A stretch of 57,079 nucleotides of DNA, the filler included, from Sphacelaria rigidula (taxonomy: Eukaryota): NCBI GenBank assembly GCA_964200075.2. It is 6 parts of 6 records of this genome, joined end to end, with 100 filler letters (N's around TTAATTAATTAA, not from the genome) between each part and the next. Parts side by side here need not be neighbours in the genome. Positions count along the whole stretch, not along the records: positions 47,651 to 57,079 come from CAXNAA020008524.1; 5 more parts are not named here. One strand, given 5' to 3'. The notes under the pieces were generated by a model that searched no databases, was not told the origin of the DNA, and saw only the letters and a program-made list of their open reading frames with translations. Shown piece after piece: positions 51,162 through 57,079 of this stretch. The first letter of the stretch is position 1, and every line of letters starts with the position of its first letter. A program made the position numbers and the translations under genes.

Positions 51162-54100
51162 AAGCCTCGAGTACATGCTTTACCGCGAGCAATCACATTC
51201 CTGCGGCAGGAGTTACATCATCTCGCGGGCACGCCTGTCCAGCACTTCTGACTAGTAGTGCCTGAAGGACAGACGTAGCCGGACAGCATAATTAATTGTG
51301 TTGCTGTGGCCGAAATAAAGCCTGCACGCAGCGACGTGTAGCAAGTCGGAGCTGTGCATATCATTGTACCTGCAAGACGGGGTTGCAGACTAGCTACCTG
51401 CAGCCGGGAGAGCCTGCACGCAGCGACGTGTGGCAAGTCTGTCCAGCGCTGATTAGTAGTGCCTGGGGGGCAGACTGCCAGACAGCGAGAGACTGCTGGG
51501 CCAAAACGGAAGCCTGCAGGAGTGAGCTACTACTACTGCTGTAGCAAGGAAATCTGGACAGCACCACATTTACGGGTCAAACTTTAAGTTTGGGCCGTCG
51601 AAACGTGCTTAGGATTAGCCTGCGCGCCTGACGCGTAGCACTCAAGCATCATGGACAAGTCAACCAACATGAACAACACACTCGGGGATAAGGGTTTTCG
51701 TGAGTGGAGGTCGAAAGTGAGGATAAGCAGCCATATCAGGCCATCATTGGTTCCGTCATGTACTTAGCTCAAATCACCCGCTACGACATCATGTACTGCG
51801 CCAGTCCACTTGCACGGGCGATGTCGAACCCTTCGAAGATCCACATGGGAGCAGCAAAGCATCTCCTTCGCTACCTATCCGGGTCTAGGGACTTCAGCAT
51901 CATGTACAAGAAAGGAGTGGTTGGACGTTGTACGAGCGGCCTGAAGACCCGCAAACACTGAGGTTTTGAAGAAGTCTCGAAACAGCAGGGAGCTGATGGG
52001 TCTCGTGCTGCTGACATCTAGTGCGGACGCGTACTTGGTAAGGTGTTTGCTGCTGTGGGTACTTCCAGTACTACAGCTGCCGGTCTGACATAAGACGCTC
52101 GGGCGTATATTTCCATTTGTTTGAGAAGCCCAGAGAAAATGGTAGGAGTGCGTGGTGTTTTGTTTTTTCCCGAAGCTTGTCGAAGCAGGGGGGGGCACAG
52201 CATGCTGTACTGTTTGTGTGTTGAGTACAATTCGCGCTTCCCTTAGTTACGTGCTGCGCGTTTTGGGGATGCGTACAGCATGCACTTGCCATCAGAACCG
52301 TCAAGTACAATGCGAAATTTATCGGAAAAATTCTCGTGAGTGCAATCAGTTATTACTCCGACATGCAGCAGATCCTGTACGGTACCATTGTCTGTACTGT
52401 AGAGTGACTGACGGTTATGGGTGTTTGTGCTTCTTGTTTTGGACAGTGCGTGTGAACCGCAGTGCTGTTCGAGACGCGTTTGCCGTTTCCCGACCTTCTT
52501 GTTGCGGCTGATAGGTATGCAGTAATCCATTAAAAAAAGAAACTGTTGGGTATTATGTTTTCTCATTAGGCTGAGTCGTGAGAGCGAGACGTCATGAATT
52601 TGAGCATGATGTCAAATGTATCATTCTTCGTGGAGAAATTGCCTGTTCGTTTTTCTAAGAGTACGATGATGCCCGTGTAGGGGTATTGCCCAGATGGTGA
52701 ACTGGGCACTAGGCAGAATGAGGAGCGGTTGTTATCCTGAGGTAGGGCAGTGCATGCTTGAAAAACGGTCCCTATATTTTTCATTGTGGTGACTTTGCTT
52801 TCTGTGCGTCCTCTATACCCATGATAAAACGAGGGGGGATGAACGCTGGGGTGCATTTTTCCACGGCTAGACGCTGAGAGTACGAGTGAGTAGGGACCGT
52901 GGCTTTCAAACTCGGGATGTTGACAATAGCACGGTAGGGCATCAAGATTTTCTCTTGGTCCTGCTTAATGCCGTGTTTGCGAGGAAACGTTGCTGGCGAC
53001 AACCACAACCATGAAATTGGTGATGTTGGGCTTTCCGAGCGAAGCTGCAGTATTCCAGAGGTACTATTGTTTGCAGGATTTAGTTTCCCTGGTAGGATAA
53101 TTCATTCCCCGGATCAAAAGCTATGATTTTGCTTTATATTCTGTAGTAACAGACCAGTTTGCTGCAGTTTAGGCAGCAAACTAGCGTGGTTGATTTTCCT
53201 ATGTCGTTGTTAAAGCGACGAGGTATTTTTGTGTTTGATCGTGGCATTGGCGGTAGACTGATATGCAGGTTCTGCTAATCTATATACAGCTTGTTGAGAT
53301 CGTGTGGCGTACGCTACAAGGGTTTTTGGAAACGATGATTGCTGGATTGTTGAACCTACAAAATTCAGGGATCGCCCTGTTTTTTACTTCGCGATTAGGG
53401 ACTAATAGTCATCAATAGCCCAGTATTCGCTAGTACGTAGTTTCAGCAATAATTTTGCGTTGGATTGTATACCTCAATGTTTGGTACATCGATACAACGT
53501 ATGGTCTAGGCTGCAATATGTCTTTGGATGAATGTGAAGTATTTATTGTTGGAGCAGTATCACGCAACTTCCATCGAGAGGAGTGCTATGGATTAGCAAA
53601 GCTACATGATGCTATGTTCAGCTCTCGTACCAAGCACATAGCACTCCGCTACTTCTTCGTGAGGGAGCTCATCAAGCGGAACCAGATCAGAGAAACAGCT
53701 CGCTGACTTGGCAACAAAGCATCTACCGAATCACCATCTCGCTTCAATTGTGAAAGAGATCAAGGACTTCAGTTGTTGAATAAAGAACGTAAAACAGTCA
53801 TCATGTAGACTTGGATAGGCGCAAAAGGTCTGCACCGGATAAGTGTTTTTGTCTCTTTAGTTTTGATACGTAGCCAACCAAGGGGTCAAGGAGGATGATG
53901 ACTGGACGAGTCGTTATACCTGGTGTATTTTTTCCATGATCAGGAATCGGCCGTGTGTGGTAGAATACTTTTGGTATGATACTAGCCAAAGGGCCGAGGC
54001 AGTTGGCAAGCTTCGCAATGCTCCCTCTATTATCTTGAACTCGTTGCCTGATCGAGGGGTCGTGTCAGGGAAATTGCATGTATGAATGCAAGCAATCAGA

Positions 54101-54316
54101 CACAGATTTACCTTTCTTGACGATTGTAGCAACTAGTCTCAGTCTGGGTAGTAACAGCAGTAGCAGTACAGGTGCAACCAAGGCAAGGATCTGACTAGTA
54201 CGCGGGTTGCTGTATCCCCGTAGAACCTGCTGTAAGTGTGCTGGATTATTCTGAAAACACTTCCAGAACGTTCTTCGTAGATCTAAATTATTTTGGATTC
54301 TGTGTATGTAGGGGAG

Positions 54317-54640
54317 TGTTGGAATATTCAATGTCAGTCATTGGTAACGACTAGTATCTATCGTAGGTTGTCGTAAACAAGTAAGGAATCATTTGAGTGT
54401 TCCAGAAATAGTCTGCGGTATATTCTGCCGTACATGATGTTTCCAGAACAATTTGTCGGGGGATTGTTATCGGTTGTAATATCCCACGAGTATTCTAGAC
54501 GTGTGGAAGTTCTGGAAGTTCATTAGCTGATCGGTAGACTCGCACACTTGGTGCTCGCCCACCTGATCACTTCTCTACTTCTTTTCTTCTTCATCACCAT
54601 CAGCGAAAACTTGACTTCGGGAGTCAGTCAATAATCAACA
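54317..54640 (+). mobile_element. Copia 3' LTR (324 bp) preceded by a polypurine tract
   Basis: AGGGGAG (54310-54316), then TGTTG...CAACA termini. Confidence 0.7.
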
Positions 54641-55171
54641 TTTTTATTTCGTCAGTCATATTCTCTGACGGATCAAACCGTGGCCCGAGTGTAATCCTCC
54701 GCGGTAGGCTACTCAGCCTACAAAGCACACGCAGCACAGCACCGCTGCAGCTGCAGGACGCCTTACACTCTCACACTTACCGCAGTGCGGAAGTAGAGAC
54801 TAGTGTATACAGATCCCATCGAATGTTAAAGATCGATCCGCGCGGTCGGCGTATTAGCTCCGTGCCTAGTGAGATCCGGCCCGTGTGTGCGAGTAGCATA
54901 GCTGTTAGAGCTTACAACATGCAGGTGCTCTGGAGCTGCGTACATGGTACAGCAGTAGCTGCACACAGTGGAGCAGCAGAGCGAAATGTTGCGTCAAGAT
55001 TGTTGCATGGGTTGAAGTATGCCGCGAAAAAGCACAGCTTGGGTGTGTGCACGGTGGAAACTCGATGACATGTCCGCTGCGCCGTTGCGGATTGCTCGTC
55101 CGCGCGGTCATTCTGCGCTGCATGTGTCGTGTAAGACAATGCTCGGTTACCTTCTGCCTTTTCATCATAGC

Positions 55172-55382
55172 TGTAATGCGTGAGAAGACCGCGTGCTTAG
55201 AGGACCGCGCCGTAGTTCAAAATACCTCAGGATCGACGTTTTCCAAAACCAATCGGATCAGTCCCTGCTGGTACCCCGCCCCTGACCCTAACCCCGACAC
55301 TAACCCTGACTCTAACCCTAACCATAGGGGTGTTCAAATTCCGATGCGGTCCTCTAAGCACGCGGTCCTCTCGCGCATTACA
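55172..55382. mobile_element. 211-bp MITE with TGT..ACA ends, 37-bp TIRs, 5-bp TSD and a telomere-like core
   Basis: TIR 55172-55208 versus 55346-55382 (35/37). ATAGC at 55167-55171 and 55383-55387. Degenerate CCCTAA hexamers at 55280-55323. Confidence 0.9.
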
Positions 55383-57079
55383 ATAGCTTTCGACGACTTA
55401 CCTGAAATGTGAAACAACAATAGTCGTGATGCCCGCGTCGAGCTACGTCGGTAGCCGAGGAGGTTCTTGATTTTGGAAACAATTGGGACACCGTGGCCCC
55501 AAACTCTCCCGGAATCACCCCGACATGGCAGCTCCTAACCATACTGGGTAGCCCCACCGTCTTGGCTGCCTTTCCCCCCCACTCATGGCATCGTGCAGAC
55601 CCAGAAAAACGTGTGTTTCGCGACTCACGGCAGTACTGGTGTGTGTGTGTGTTGGGGGGGGCGGCGGGGGGGGGGGGGGCGCCTCCCTGGGGGGCAACAC
55701 CGAAAGCAGGATACACCGTACATTTTCGTTTTTCTGGGGGCGGGGAAAGATAAGCTGGAGATATTGATGAGAGGAAACGCTTCCCGCACTCTAGTTTAGA
55801 ATCCACCGGTTTGTCATCACATGGAATTGGGAACAAAAATACGTTTCAGATCTTGTTTCTTTTCAGTAACTTCGCACTTTCTCATTTTTCGGGAAATACG
55901 GAAAACCCTCGGGCGAATGCCAAGAAATGCTCAAACCTGGTGAAACTCCCCCCCCCCCAGAAGGTGGTGACCCCGAAGAAAATCGAGTACATATATATAT
56001 GTCTCCGCCTAAAGTCGGATCTTTGAATGGTGTGTTCGAAAGTCGGAATAACCACGCTCACCTTGAGAAACGTTCACCTATGTGGTGTGCGACAGAAGGG
56101 GGAAACTGTCTTGCACTCCACGATACTTTGTCCGAGGAGTCTCTACATTGAAGTGACTGCGCAAACGCATGCCTCCCTGGTATACATTCGTCGATTTGCG
56201 ATGTCTGGTTCGAATACAGATAGATATAAGTGAGCTCACTGTCCCGAGCCTACATATATATCTGTCGACATCTCCAAAAAATCGAAACTGGATTTTGAAA
56301 AATTCGAGCCTCAATTAAATCTCACACGTTGGAATCGAAATTTTGTTCGAAGGGGGCATAGGTGTTGAGGCGTTGCGTCCGAGAGGGTGAGTGTCATTGT
56401 GTTAGGCGGGATGCACCCTCTTGGTGCAGGCCGGTCGGGTCAGAGGTTAGATACTTCCTAGGCCAACACGGGCAGCTCTGCCCTCACAAGGGATCAGGTT
56501 ATAGACGTGTTCAAATCAGCTAACACCACAATAGCTTCACGCAGTAAGCTATGCCGACTTGATACAAAAGATTCTTGTTCACTCGTATTCGTTATCGCTC
56601 CTTTCAATGCTCTCTCAGCTGCTCTCCGGCTATAGCAATGACTTAACAATCGGCTCCACCCGGGCGAGTACCGCAAGAGGGCTGAAGGACCTATGCCTGT
56701 ACCTTTTTATCAGTCTCACATCCGGCCTAGTCAAGCTCAATCAGGCCCGCAACTGTAGAACCCCAAATTTGATCACAGACGCGTCCTATCTTCATGACAC
56801 TCGCCCATCCAGAGGAACCTCTATTACAGTTGCGATGAGAAATCTCGAAAAGCAACGAAAATCGAGGTCTTTCTTCACGGCAAGTCATGAGCGACAAGGA
56901 AGGCGAACTCAAGGCTATAAAAGCACTCGGCCGAAGTGGCTAAAAAAGAAGGTACACCCCAGACGACGAGGGCAACATCCACTCCGTTGCCCGATCCTCC
57001 CACACTTCAAACAAGGTAAAACAGTGTTTTCGTGAGATTGAGAGTAGATGATACGATTGAGAGTGAAAAGCGGTCAATC

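Larger units (their letters stand above)
50930..54640 (+). mobile_element. 5'-truncated, internally rearranged Ty1/Copia retrotransposon (5' boundary uncertain)
   Basis: RT C-terminus YQAIIGSVMYLAQITRYDI...LARAMSNPSKIHMGAAKHLLRYL (51725-51915). RNase H end SSRTKHIALRYFFVRELI..LADLATK (53610-53778). PPT and LTR follow. Confidence 0.8.

Overview
Repeat-rich eukaryotic DNA, most likely from a large-intron brown alga (inferred from the transposon families and splice signals). The window is not one locus. It is six contigs of 9,429-9,431 bp in descending length order (1-9431, 9532-18961, 19062-28491, 28592-38021, 38122-47550, 47651-57079), joined by 100-nt N spacers carrying TTAATTAATTAA, so adjacency across spacers means nothing. 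Recognisable host-gene content is small: two minus-strand exons of a GH2 beta-mannosidase (37591-37692, 34459-34895), the second with a ~95-aa low-complexity loop insertion, and an isolated, motif-eroded exon of the queuosine-salvage hydrolase QNG1/DUF2419 (6744-7321). The rest is mostly decayed mobile DNA: a Ty3/Gypsy 5' half with a very long pre-Gag region, an RTE-clade LINE, a 5'-truncated Copia with PPT and 3' LTR, a probable transposase N-terminus, several MITEs (one with TGT..ACA ends, a 5-bp TSD and a telomere-like core), a tRNA-type SINE, a multi-copy modular repeat joined at poly(C) tracts, and several tandem arrays. I found no CRISPR array, rRNA or intact tRNA, and no clearly novel multi-gene system. 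Most ORFs in the track look spurious. Family assignments come from recalled motifs, not from database searches.
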